Below are positions 27,099 through 40,863 of a stretch of 64,000 nt of DNA, in pieces. Every line of letters starts with the position of its first letter. Positions within the stretch are counted from its first letter, which is position 1. A model generated the notes under the pieces. It saw nothing but the letters and a program-made list of their open reading frames with translations, did not search any database and was not told the origin of the DNA. Source of the DNA: Rhizophagus irregularis (Eukaryota); contig NC_089429.1 in the NCBI RefSeq assembly GCF_026210795.1, positions 2,294,001-2,358,000 of the forward strand, in the 5' to 3' direction. The position numbers and the translations under genes were made by a program.

Positions 27099-27356
27099 TA
27101 GTTATTGGGTAGGGGGGTTGAAATGTCACCGAACTGCGAAGCAGTTCGGATGATATTTTAACCCCTCTACCTAATAACTGTGTTATTATGCAGACGTCCA
27201 AGATCATGTTCCATATGAAAAGCATAGTAAATGCGTGATAATAATCTATATGACGTAATGCGTCAAAAATATCAAAGATATTTACGCAATAATAATTTAT
27301 TTAAAAAATATCGGTATGTTAAAAACAACATAATCCTACTTGGCTGCATGATAACA
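27099..27356. mobile_element. Two adjacent small inverted-repeat insertions in the 3' flank of kinase copy 2
   Basis: agttattgggtaggggggtt pairs with aacccctctacctaataact, and tgttattatgcag pairs with ctgcatgataaca. Both are absent at the paralogous site near 19410. Confidence 0.65.
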
Positions 27357-27802
27357 AAAGTTATTGTGTGAATTTTATTTGTTATCAATAATTATAGGTA
27401 AATACAAATATTACAGAGCGCAAAATGAGGTACTAGTAATATATTCTCTTTTATTTCGTTAATTCCTGCTGATACAAATTTAATAAGCTCAATTATATTC
27501 AACAACATTCATCATCCGAATTATCAGCTTTAGTATATTTTCCTATTTTAGTTAAAAAAAAAAAGTTATAAAATTGTTGGCATGAAAAACTATAGATACT
27601 ACTATTTATTACATGCGTAAATAATGAGTTTACTTACTATTTTTTTGAGTTTCATTCGTTTCATTCTTTAATTCTTCAAAATTACGCTTTCTTGAAAAAT
27701 TTACAAGTCTTTGAGTAGCGAAATTTGTATTTTGTGTGGATGATATTATATTATTATTTATTTATATTATTAACAATTTACATACATTTAAATATTAATT
27801 AA

Positions 27803-29972
27803 TTACCTTTGAATATTATCTATATCAAATTCATATTCTTGTGTAATATATTCTAAAAATTAATAAAAGAAATCTAAGTTAAATATGAATATTAAGAAAT
27901 AAATTAAATTGCTTTTATCTGATCATATCAAGTTTTTTACATTAATTGTTAATTATCAATGTACTGTAAAATAGTAAAATACCTTGTTTCACATTTAATG
28001 AGATCATCGAACTCATAGTTGAAGCTTTAGAAATTAAAGAACTTAATGCTCTACTTGTGTAAATTGCTTTCGGATGAGATTTTTCACTAAATTCTGGTCC
28101 AAGTTGCTTTAATTTTATTAATTCCAATCTTTTTTTTTCAGCTTGTTCAAATACCTCGCCGCCTCCATGCATTTTGCTAAAAGAATTCTCGATTTCATAA
28201 CTAGTTGGTCTTTTTAAAGGGTCAGAATCCCAGCATTTTTTCATTAAATTAGCAAAACATTCAGGGGTATCATTTGTAATTTCAGGGCGTTTTCCATCAA
28301 TAATTTCACAAATAAGTTCAACATTGTGTTCAATATTGGCAAAAGGTTTACAACCTGTTGTAAGTTCCCACATGATCATACCATAACTATATACATCAGA
28401 TTCTTTTGAAAATGCAGCACCTTTAAATATTTCTGGTGCGATATAAGGTACCACTCCATATATTTCATTATTTGATGATGAATTATTTGCAGGTTGTGAT
28501 AATCCTAAGTCTCCAACTCTCCAATAGCATCGAGATAATAACATATTTCCACTATGGATATCTCGATGTATAAAATTATTATTATGAATATTTCGGAGTC
28601 TAAAATAAAACATTTAATTGTTAATAAACCAATTGTAAATATAGAAAATAGATTAATATACTAAAATATACAATAAATACCCCAATAATATTCCTGTTAA
28701 AATAAACAATTTGTCGTCCCATCTAAGATTTATAAAGTTCTTTTGCAAATAATCATGCAAATTTCCACCTTCTGCATAACTCAACATTAACATATATTCT
28801 TTTGTTATAGGATCTTGTGTAATGCCATAACATTTAATAATCCAAATATTGTTATCATCACATTGATAAAGTGATCTTAACTAAAGAATAAATAAATAAA
28901 TTAATACAATAATTATTAAAAAACACATTGCAAATATATAAAATGTAAATATTACCTCATTTAGAAAATGTTTACTAATATTTTGTGAATCACGCAATTT
29001 TTTTACAGCAACATCAGTTCCTTTCCAAGTCGCTTTATAAATAATACTGAATCCACCTTCTGCTATTTTCTTTAAATTCGTAATTTGAGAATATGGAATC
29101 CACTCTATTCTATTGACTGAACGAAGTTTATCACGAATAAACGAATACATTTCAATTGGGCTGCGAATTGTATCGTTGTCCATATAATTAGCAATCAAAT
29201 GATAATTATCATTTTTAATTCTTGTAGAATCAAGAAATTCATCTATAATGAAATTTCCACTGCAAATGTTTGTAATACCAATATTAATGAATGAAGTTCT
29301 TTTGCATTTCTTACATTGAGATTGATCTGCAATTCCAAGAATTATATTTGTTGTTAAACAATACCTACATCCAGTATAAATTATATGGCAATGTAAACAC
29401 CATTTTTGACAATAAGATTTTGACTCTTGTTGTATATATTTTAGTTCTTGATAACAAACTACACATTGATTATGACTATCCCACCATGGTAAATATAGAA
29501 TCGGAATGGACTTTTTAGTCAAAGTTGATTTTACCCATCCAGAAGAAACCTGATAACCTGATGACTGCTTCTTGTAATTACAAACTCCGCAGTGTTCATT
29601 TATACTACCGAAAATGTGCAAACAAGATGGATATCCTATGAATACTTGTGTAAAACATAAAATCTCAGAACAACATTCGCACCATTCTTGAATGTTTTTT
29701 GTATAAAAATTATTTCTAGTTGCTTTATGTTTAATACACTGAGAATTATTTGTACTTATAAGTACGCCCAAGTATGTATTGTTGCCTGTTATATATTGAA
29801 TATACCAAAATAAACAATTTTTGCAATATTTTTGTTTAATTTGTGTCTTGGAGTATTCAATTCCACAATAATTACATTTGTCCTCATCGTTATTAAAAGG
29901 AATAAATAAAACAGGTACAGGACTAGATTTTAATTTTGGAGTAGGATCAAATAAATTATTATCTATGCTCAT
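27803..29972 (-). CDS. Paralogous Cys-rich TKL protein kinase (copy 2)
   Basis: Exons 29972-28956, 28880-28681, 28599-27983 and 27852-27807 are GT-AG and in phase, with the same kinase motifs as copy 1. The acceptor of the next exon (about 27745) is missing, so the C-terminal tail is uncertain; reading into intron 4 gives a stop at 27805-27803. Confidence 0.85.
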
Positions 29973-32307
29973 AATGTTGTATTTCAAGAAAATAGATTAT
30001 AAAAGTTAAATGTAAAATTATAAAGCAATATTTATATTTTATGAAGATACAATAACAAAGTGAAATTCTACAGAACTTTTCTTTAAAGAATCAAGGATAT
30101 TCTATATAGAAATAATATAATTATGCATATTGAAAATCCGCCATCATGCATAAATTTCAAGCAAGATTTGTTGCTCAATTTAGAAAATTTCGCGGCTTAA
30201 TTTCCGTCAATGAATATTATTTTGTAAATCTGTACTACCAATCTGAAATTATGTGACGATGAAATAATCAAATAACGATAAAAATAAACTTTCTTAATAA
30301 ACTAAAACGTGTTGTTTCATCAATTCTTTTTATTATTTATAATATGGGCTTTTGGAAAGTAACATTGCTAATATTTTATAACTTATGTAATATAATATAT
30401 TATCGTAAATTACACGCACGTTCAAAAATAAAAAACAATAATGTTATTAAATGTCTAATGTTCATTAATTTAATGAATAAAAAAAAGAACACGGATTATT
30501 GAAAAGTGGTGTTAAGTGAATATTTCTATTAGCTAATAAATAGAAATGCAAACTTACTACAACGTTAAGATCTTTTTTTGAAAAAAATGATTTTTTACTT
30601 GTAGACGCACTCAAACCTTACACGTTTTTTATAAATATTGATTGTTGACAGTGGTTATTTTGGTATAAAATCCCTTATAAATGAAATAAATAAGTTTAAT
30701 TTTTTGTATTTTGTATATAAGCTAAATATTCAATAAATGACCGAAAATGAACCATTATATAATATTCGTTCTATATCGTAATAGATATTTAAATTTTACA
30801 AATAAATCTAATTTTAAATTTATTAGACTAAACACAAATATTAAATATAAAAGACTAATTTAATACATTCCATGATTAAAATGATTTTCATTTCATAATT
30901 TATTTCTCAATACGATGTAAAAAAAAGGTTTAAACTCGATTAACCAATCAATAATAGAATTTAAGATATATTTTTTTAATAAGAAAATTTTCTTAAGATC
31001 ATTTGAGTTAATTACACGATAAAAACTTAAATATATTATTAACTCAGAAGACTACTTCAGTTTTTTCTTTGGATACTTTCCTTAAAATAAATGCGTCCCA
31101 AATCTTTGATAGAATATCATTAAATAATTACACTATTCTTTTTACGCATCCAATTAATATATTCACTTGTACAATAAGTTCAAAACTTAAAAATAACTTT
31201 TTAAAATATTGTATGGTCGTCAATAAAAGAAAAATATTTTTTAAACTCTTTTAATAAAATAAGTACTTTATAACCTTTAAAATATTACGTATAATTACTA
31301 ATTATTCCAGAGCGGAGCGAATATTGTCTATAAAGGGTATATTTTTTCTAATCAATGACTTAAAGAAATATATCAATCAATGTTGAAGTTTGACATATAA
31401 ACATTAGTTATTATAAACAATTTGTACGCTTACAATATCATTGTTATCCCGTTATGGTAAAAAAATTGAATTGGGCTTTTTAATAAAAGTGGATTCTATC
31501 TATCTGTTTAGAAGAAATTTTATAACAATTTGGAACATATTCAAATGATCACTCAATCTACATAATTAATAGGATGATGACATGTAGATGATAAATAAAC
31601 ATCGGATGGTGAATAATTTGGGGTTATTTGTTAAAATATGAAACCTCGGAAGTTGGAACAACATCCACATCATTTTAATTTTGTTTTTAGAATCTATTTC
31701 ATATTCTTCATTGTTTAATTTCCGAAATATATAAAAAAGTAATTATTACGAATATATTGTGAAATTATTATCAAACTATTACATATTAATCTATTACTAA
31801 AAAAGCCAAGTTCTTAATGTCGCTCTCCTATGACGTAAAAGTTAGGCATGTCAAACTCGATCGGATCGATCGGTTAGGTTGTACAAATATCTGTGATGTA
31901 CAGTAGGTACACGAACCACTCCTTCATCTTTTTAAATCTTTGCAATAAAAGTCATTAATAAAATATGTAATTCTTTCCTTTTACGATTATAAATTCCGTC
32001 AAATAAAAAAAAAAAACGACGATCATTACAGATTTACGGCCAAATTAGGCGGAATATGAAATAACTGACAAAGTAAATATTTCCTGATCGCCGATCATCT
32101 ATCTCCATGGAATATTAGGTCCGAATGATCGACAAATCAGGAATGTGGTGGCTTAGTTATAATTCTGACCTGTGCGACAATATATCGGGACCACCACTCC
32201 GAAAAGTAATTAATTTCCTATTTTAACGCATTTTTTTTTTTTTCAAACGAATTCTTTCTTCATCCTCTTTTTTTTCTTTCTCCCTCTCTCTTACTTCGCT
32301 TTACAAT

Positions 32308-33990
32308 ATGGCATGTTCAAAAGTATTTTCGGGAAAATTACCGGAAATAACTGATGACATTGTACAATATTTTCGAAACGATTATAAAACGTTACATTCA
32401 TGCGTTTTAGTTAATAGAGCATGGTGTCGTATAACAATTCCATTATTATGGAAAGAACCATTTTCAATTCCTGTAAAAAATTATCATTTTATTGAAATTT
32501 ATTTACACAATTTAAATGATTATGATAAAACAAAATTAAACGTATGTGGAATTAATAATAAAATATTTCCATCAAAAACTTTATTTAATTACCCAAGTTT
32601 TATTCAAAGAATAAATACATTTAAAATTGAACAATCTATTGAAAAATGGATTACATCTATTGGAGTATTAAAAGATATGACAACAATTGTTAAAACATTA
32701 ATTTATAAATTATTATTTAAAATATTTATTAATAATGAAGTAAATTTACGTACATTTGAAATTTTAATAACAACAGATCAAGATCATAGAAATTTTAATG
32801 AAATTTTTGAATTAATTTTACAAAAACCAAATTTCATTTGTAATATAAGAAATTTCAAACTTCAAAGAATTGCGAATGTAAGAAAAATTCTTCAATTTTT
32901 AGAATTTATAAGTTTAAAATGTAATTCAATTTCATCAATAAATTTTCAATTTCAAAAATTTAATGATGAAAATAATTTATTGGTTAAAAAATTTTTATCA
33001 AGTATAATTAATTCACAACAAAATTTAAAGAAAATATCATTCGAATATGATGATCTTCCTTTACTTAATGATTTATTAATTTTAAATAATTCATTATCAT
33101 TAGTATTAGATAATTCTTTATTATTATTAAATAATAATATTAATTGTTCAAATACATTAAAAACTATTATATTTCATAAGATTAATTTTAAAAATTTAAA
33201 TAATTTAAAACAAGTATTCGAACAATTAAATAATTTAGAATCCGTTCATATTATTTATTGTCGTTTATTAAATTATGAACTTATTCAACAAATTATTAAT
33301 ATAACTAAACCATTTAAATTAAAATCATTATTTATGGATGAAATATTACAAATTGATTCATTAGAATTATTATTACAAAAATCAGGTGATTATTTAGAAA
33401 ATTTTGGTTTTGGTTCATTTTCAAATGATTCTTATATTCGTAATGAATTAATTAATGAATTAAAACAACAATTAATTGATTTAATTATAAAATATTGTAC
33501 AAAAATTGAATTATTCGATTTATTTGAATGTAATATTAATATTATTTATCCAAAAATATTCAATTTAATTCAAAATATTGATCAAAATCTTTATTATCTT
33601 TCTATTGATTTTGATGATGATGAACTTTTAAGTACAAATTTATTATTAAATTTAGGTCAAATCCTTCCTTTAAAATTAGAATATTTAAATTTATCTTTTA
33701 TTATTCAAAATATAAATGATTTTGAAATATTTTTAAAAAATTCTCATAATACTTTTATTAAGAAATTTTTAATAAGGAATAAAATTTCAAAAAGAAAAAT
33801 CAAAGATATTTTACCTTATATAAAGAAATATATTATGAAGGAGAAAAGGGTTGAATATTTGGCTATAAAAGATAGTTATTTAGAATATGATTTACGTGAA
33901 GTGAAGGATTTTAGATTGTATAATATTGAATTACGAAATTATGATAATTTATATATTCAAGCTGTTAATTATGTAAAAGAAATGTATTAA
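32308..33990 (+). CDS. Intronless F-box-like / RNI-like LRR protein, 560 aa
   Basis: N-terminal LPEITDDIVQYFRNDYKTLHSCVLVNRAWCRITIPLLWKEPF, an FNYPSF motif, then degenerate LRRs. Confidence 0.85.
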   Translation: MACSKVFSGKLPEITDDIVQYFRNDYKTLHSCVLVNRAWCRITIPLLWKEPFSIPVKNYHFIEIYLHNLNDYDKTKLNVCGINNKIFPSKTLFNYPSFIQRINTFKIEQSIEKWITSIGVLKDMTTIVKTLIYKLLFKIFINNEVNLRTFEILITTDQDHRNFNEIFELILQKPNFICNIRNFKLQRIANVRKILQFLEFISLKCNSISSINFQFQKFNDENNLLVKKFLSSIINSQQNLKKISFEYDDLPLLNDLLILNNSLSLVLDNSLLLLNNNINCSNTLKTIIFHKINFKNLNNLKQVFEQLNNLESVHIIYCRLLNYELIQQIINITKPFKLKSLFMDEILQIDSLELLLQKSGDYLENFGFGSFSNDSYIRNELINELKQQLIDLIIKYCTKIELFDLFECNINIIYPKIFNLIQNIDQNLYYLSIDFDDDELLSTNLLLNLGQILPLKLEYLNLSFIIQNINDFEIFLKNSHNTFIKKFLIRNKISKRKIKDILPYIKKYIMKEKRVEYLAIKDSYLEYDLREVKDFRLYNIELRNYDNLYIQAVNYVKEMY

Positions 33991-34084
33991 TATATATATA
34001 TTTTTAGGAATAAAATTATTACGCGTACGCGCTTTTTTTTTTTTTCGAAAAAACTATAAAATTAATACGTCATTTTTTTATTCC

Positions 34085-34151
34085 GGACGAGGGGACGGAG
34101 GGGACGGAGGGGACGGAGGGGACGAGGAGTCGAGGAGTCGAGGAGTCGAGG
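34085..34151 (+). repeat. G-rich minisatellite (GGGGACGGA)n followed by (GAGGAGTC)n
   Basis: Directly visible; four GGGG tracts at 34091, 34100, 34109 and 34118. Confidence 0.9.
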
Positions 34152-37100
34152 ATAATATTATAATCACACAAACACCACACGTGTAACCTGCTTATTCGAG
34201 ATAATATATAAACACCAACTACTTCGGCATCATCTATTATATGCAAATCATTACCTGCTAGTGCTTAGACAAATTGAACACTTAACAAAACTGAAGCCAT
34301 TTCACATTAAAAGGTTCGACGTCGAAAAACCGAGCCACTTTGTATTCATAGCACCTTATGGTAATTTGCAAATTGGTCACACGTAATTAGTCACTACAAG
34401 AGTAAGGTTTGTTTGAAACTTAATGAATAAACTCGTCGCTTTAATTTTTTAATGATATTACAGAAATTTTGATAAAATTAGTTCACTAATAAAAACTTAT
34501 CACAACATATAGGCGCTATCATTTATTCAGATATTATGTTTACGAAGAATTAATGATATAAACGAAGGCTTCTTTCAAAATAAAAGTGATGGTTGTTTTC
34601 GACTTGATGTATCGTTTTCAAATTTTTTTTTATTCCACGTATAATCCGTGTCGGGTGACAATTACTAGCGATGGGAAAGCAGAAACGAGCAAGTCAATCG
34701 AAATCCAACACAGGAATCTTGCATAGTCCTTTCTGTATTGATTGTATTAATTCCGTAATATTTTAGCAATTTTATAGAAATAGATCGATATATTGCACAA
34801 AGCAGTATGGGAGGAAGATAGTATAATGGCGATATATATTTATTTATACAAAAAATATTGAACGTCGCGTCAAAGAATAAGTCCAAAATCATGGTATGGT
34901 ATGGTATTATTAGATATCAAATTTCTATTCTTGCATGCAATTATTAATTTTTTTTTTCTACCTAACAGTATCTATCCTACCAAGATGTTGACTTGCATAC
35001 TGTGATTATCAATCACTTCAAAGAAATTCACAAGTAAATCAAATGCCATTTCTTGTTGAAGGATTAACAGGATTGGCTTACTTGTGTAATGAAAGAGGTA
35101 TCATTCGTATACGTGTGGATACGAGTAAATTAATGGATTTTGATCGTGCGTACGTCAAAAAAACATAAGGTGTAATTCTATTCGTTTCATCATACTCGAC
35201 CAAGATACAAGATAATTCCTGAAATATTTTGGAATAACAATATGGAAGTTATCACCCGAAAAAGAACCACGCCTTCATGATGAAATTTAGTCATGGACAT
35301 CAATTTCAGAGAAAATATCCATGCATTATGCAAAGCTAATGAAAAATGTTGACCATTTTATCCTCTATTTTATCAGCAAATTCTAATGGAATGGATGAAT
35401 GGAAATGTAATAATCTGTCATCACGCCATCGTGAAATTGCAATAATCACAAAATTAATTTGATTCAACTGTCCGATCAGCTTAATAAATAATCAAGGTAT
35501 TTAATATATATTGAGACACGTATTTTCATTAAAAATTTTCGTGATTTTTTATATAAATCTATTAATATACAGTATTATTAATGTTATTAATATGTTATAA
35601 GGCACCCGATCTAGCAAACAATACTCTGGATGAGGCTCCTAGGTTCTCCCATCACGCTGAAATGTATACCATGTATCTTATTTTGTTTTCGTTTTCATGT
35701 TCGTTTTTTTTCCAATTATTTCATTAATTGAATCTTCATTATGTTGCTGCACAATTTTAATGGTTAGACATCGATCAATTTTCTTGAATATTCTAATTAG
35801 ATGCCTTCATAGTATTCGTAGTTTTAATTTTATGAGTTTTAATCAAATGTAACATCAGTATTTATTATATATATATATATATATTAAAAATAAATAAAAA
35901 TATACAACTGTTTTATGCGTTAAAGTTTTGATTTTGTTTATTTCATTGGAAATATCTATTTGTAACCATATGGTGATACTCAAGTATATAGTAAAATTTA
36001 GAGATTACAGTAGTATTTGGGTTAAGGTTAGGATTAGGGTTAGGATTATGGTTTAATGGATTAGTTAGTTAAACTCAAAGGGCCAAATAACTATGGCGGA
36101 ACCCTAATTCATTTCCAGTATATTCAAAGAAATTGCCCACATATATATATATATATATATATATACAATTTAACATCTTCCGTTCGTTGATAAGGAATAA
36201 TCTTCTTCTCCACGTCTCGAACTGACATTTGGTAGTCTATTCTTCTAGATTATTGTAACGCATATTTTTCAACACCATCCCAAGATTTAGCAGATTTTTT
36301 GTTGCATAATTCTCTTTTTAATAACAAAAACTATAAATTTATTCTAGTGATCCCTATATTTACTATTTAAAACAAAAAAGTTCTATAAATTCAAATATAT
36401 CAATAATTAATAAAATGATATTTTTTTTCCGTGAATGAAAATAAGATTTATTAGAAGGAAAATCAGTTATACTTTACCCTCATCAGCAGTCTCCTTAAAC
36501 AGTTGTGCTACTTATTTCTTACGTTCCTTTTTACCTATTCTTCTGTTAATTTGAGTAGGTAATGTGCTTTCATCATCATATCTACTCAAATCAGTATAAA
36601 TCTCGAAGTAAGGGATAAAATTCGCGCCGATGCTCCCAATGATTTTATTCCCATAACGACTAAAAATATTCTTGCGAATTTTTCTGAAATTTAAATTTTT
36701 TATAAATACCCTGCCTATTTCCTTTCACTTTTTGAATCTGCATTAGAAGGTGAAACCGTGAAAGCCTCAACGGGTTTTCAATGAACTGTGCCACAAACAA
36801 AAAGAAGTTCCACTTCTTGTATATTCGGAACTTCTTTTAGAGGAAGCCTGAACCACTCAGCTCCGAAAAAAAAAAATCTCCCGCTCTTTATAGTTTATAG
36901 GCGATACACTTCAAGCCATCAAACGATTGTGTTTGTGACGTACACTATTATAAAATCCAGTGATTGACAAAAGACCGGCCAATCAAAATACGGCATGGAG
37001 ATGAGGTAACTTCTTATCAGTTGTTATAATTCATTTTTTTTTAACATTCGCGTAACTTGAGCCCTGTTCAATTCTAGAACGTATTGATGGCTGGTTGCGA

Positions 37101-37169
37101 TCAATAAGAATTGAACAGGGCTTTGATCCGCTTTTTCCGCTTTTACCTTATAAATTGAATTTTCCTAAC

Positions 37170-40100
37170 AAATGACAACAACTTTAAGAACAACTAAACA
37201 CCGATTGTAAATGAATACTTTAAAATAAAGTCGAAGCTCAATACTGCCAACTAAAACACTATCTTAACTATCGTCTTAGAAAAAAAAATGTAATCCTACC
37301 CTAGGTATAATTTTATGAAGATTGGCTACTCTCACTTAAAAGCATTAAGAAAACAAATTACAAAGGTTCCGGTTGTATATCTTCACTATGCGACGAACTA
37401 CTTGACGTAACTAATAGCTTTGAAGATGCTTCGGACCTAGGAAGTTGCATGCAATGGTATAATAAATTCAACGGGCGTGATTTCGATTTGCAGTTCGTAG
37501 AAAGAGTACGGCAATTAGAAACAGATATATTATATTGTATCTTTCATCTTAGAAAATGGCAGAATTAACGAATTGGTCTGGTGAAGCCAACAGCGGGTCA
37601 TCTGAGGTAGGAGACGGGAGGGATGAGTCAACTTGACACCGTTCGTCTTAAACATTATTTCTTACTATTATCTTTCCTTATAGAGAGGTCTAGTTGAACC
37701 GCAATCTTCTGCAATGATTATTACAGACGAAGATGGTGCATAAATGTCACCCAAAGTGGTAAATAAAAGCGTCATAATCTTATCTTTAACCATTGGATGG
37801 CTTACTTTATAATGTCTCTCTTGTAGAATCGAAAGGTGCAAGTGTTTTATTAATCGCCATAATCAAAATAATTCAAATAAACGAAATATTTGAATATTGA
37901 ATCGTTGGTTTGGAATCAAGCCCAGCAGAACAATTTTCTTTTAACAATTCTCTTTTAATGGATCTGGTTCATTTCCCCGACAATTATTTCACACGCTCCC
38001 AACCCACATACCCAAAAGAAGACGTAAAGAAAAGGGGCCTAAAGCGTGAAGAACAATTCGTAAAGTCAACAAACATATGACGCCTATAAAAGAGGTAAAT
38101 TCAACTTCAACGGTATAAGATCACAGATAGCAATGTTAATTATGTCTGATATTCAACGATATTTAATGGCTAAAGCAGGTATTATTGGAAAATCAACATC
38201 ATCTCTTGAAAAGGCTCCTTTTAAACAAGCAGAATCAAAGGTGATGGCAGCAGATACTGCAAAGACGGCAACATCAAAGACGTGGTCTGCCTACACCTTA
38301 ATCACACAGCAATGACATACCTACATTACTTTATCGCAAACGAAGCGCGATGATTTTCAATCAAAGTTGATAGAAATAGAAAATGATGATGAAGATTATG
38401 ATGAAGAGAAAGAAACTTCTGATAGCGGATGAAGAACAAGTAGACGATGACATCATCTGATCTTTTGATAAGTTACCAGAGGGAGACTTGTTAAAAACGT
38501 CCTCTCCGATAAAACATCAAGTGTATTGGATGTTCTAAAGATACAAAAAAACTGGACACGTACAAAGCTAGTATTATTAGGTACACTGTGATTACTGTCA
38601 AGTTTTTGCGTAATAGAGCAGAACCACTGATTATATCTTTAAATAGGCTTAGATTGACCTCTATCGTAGACCTTTCTTCTGAATTAAGGGTAGCATGAGG
38701 ACCTGGTTCGGAGACGAATGTACTTGCTTGAACAAGAAATACGAAGTAAGATGAATTTGGTCCCATCAAAATTCGAAGGCAGTGTTCTAGACAGCATTAT
38801 GAGGATCGAGAATGTATGTGAACAGCTTGTTGATTGACGATTTTAATTTTTTTTTTTTAACATTCTTTTGTACAGCTTTGCTTAGAATATCGATGTTGGG
38901 AAACGTGAAAATACTTACTAGACCAAATGAAGGATCGTTCAGTCACGAAAACACATCTTCAAATCATGAATATATACTCCATAATGTATATGAATGGTAA
39001 TTTAGTAGTTGCGCCTGTAAATACTAAAACTAATTGGATCTTCTATTAATAGCTTGGATATGCTACTTAATGATTTAAATGTTTTTGTGAATGAGGATGG
39101 AAAAGAAAACAAATTAACGGAGGTGGATTATGTTCTTAAAACAGTGGCCCCTGCGATGGACATTATATTTTCGGATGTTAATCATATCATCGGACTCCAA
39201 TGGTAAATGCCTGCATTTTATAAATCATGCCCTGTCGATAATTTATTATTTATACTTATAATTTTATAATACAAATGCAACTGTAGAGGAGAACTATGAC
39301 AAAATGAATGTTTAAAGATTCAAATGTACGAACATTGAATTGTTTTGTTTGTAATCAAGCCAACAAGCCTAGCGGAACAACTTTCTTTCATCAGTTAATA
39401 GACAACCTTCTAAACGACATCGATGATCTACAAGGTAGTAATGTTAGTTGACTTGCAATTAATATTATTGTTATTATAATCGGAATTGTTTTTTAGTCCC
39501 AAATCAGGGAGTAAATATGGTTTGGGAGGAGTTGCAAGCGTTATTGAAGTAGAATCGACTCGATCTCCAATAGCAAGCACCATATTCAAAAGCTAGTACT
39601 CCTAACAATTCTCTTTTAATGGGCTAGTTCATTTCACCGACAATCATTTCAATCATTTCGCTGATATCCTTCTTAATCCGCTAACCCTATCCTAACCCTA
39701 AAGGACATTTATGGCGCGCAGAAGAATTTATTTGAGGGTCAAAACTCGAAATCAACACATAAAACTTTGCCACACTGAATGTGCCACCGGCAAAAATTGT
39801 CCGAGATTGTAGCAAAATTTGCGTACTAATAAATCTATTCTTGATGATTATTTGATATCGGATAAAGCTGCTGAAGATTCAGCCATATATACATTTCAAT
39901 TTGCCGGTAAGATGTTCTTATATATGTAATACTGAATATTGTAATATTGTTTATTGATGCCTAACGATGCCTAACATTTACCACCGCGTTAGGTTTACAT
40001 GGTCAACTTATTGCTGACGATGGTCTGTATTTTAGTTTGGATGGATCTACATTTAAGTTTCCCTTCCGACTATTAAATATCAAAACTATGCGCCAAACAT

Positions 40101-40310
40101 TGGGAATATTATACTTCTTTAAGGTTCGAAACTAATATCTTTTATATTTTTTTTTTTTTGACAAGTAGTCTCTTATCTTGCTTCTATCATTATAGAAAAA
40201 TATTATGCAAAAGTCTTCCGCGCTATCACGATATGACGTAGAGAAAAACCCGTATCAAAAAGTTTTCCATAGTAGAGTATTACTATGTACGGATATTATA
40301 ACAGAATTTA
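37170..40310 (+). pseudogene. Decayed multi-exon gene of a fungal restriction-endonuclease-like (PD-(D/E)xK, Crinkler-associated type) family
   Basis: Fragments KLTEVDYVLKTVAPAMDIIFSDVNHIIGLQW, HTECA..KIVRDCSK..RTNKSILDDYL, IYTFQFA|GLHGQLI..DGLYFSLDGSTFKFP, with remnant introns and many stops. The family call is recalled resemblance, not a search result. Confidence 0.45.
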
Positions 40311-40654
40311 ATAGAGTAATAGAGTAGAATAATTTTTTGAATAATCACTTTCAAATTTCAAATTAGATAATTTAAAAAAATTTTTTAATGTAATTTATTT
40401 TTGCTAAAAATGATATAATGATATACCATTAATAATATACGTGTTACATTCATGCAACAATATACTAGCTGTACTCACAATATACGCCCATCAAAACATA
40501 AAAAGTTCAAATTTATTATATCACATATTTTACAGAATAAAGATGTTGGAAAATGAGATTTTATAAGAAATTACTATTTAAGTATTAATATGGAAAACTA
40601 ACTTAGCATTTGTGTAAAGTATTCTGCTTTGTAAGTTTATTGCATGTAATTTCT

Positions 40655-40863
40655 ATTCAAAGTCAAAAGCATAAAAGACGATTAATAAAACGCTAGCATT
40701 TAGTTGTACTGTTTTGCTTGGATATACCGTTATGAGTGAATTAAAATCATGCATATATTGCATATATTGCATTTTAATCTTATAAAAAACCTTAGTTTTG
40801 TATACAAAGCTATCATTTTTTGTAGGCGAAGTGTGTAAATCTTGTAATGCTTTTGACTTCACT
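40655..40863. mobile_element. Degenerate MITE
   Basis: Inverted repeat aagtcaaaagcat / atgcttttgactt. Confidence 0.45.

Noticed and set aside
34980..35490. Kinase-like fragments (GLTGLAYL, DFDRAY)
   Set aside because: Too degraded to build a frame or assign a family.
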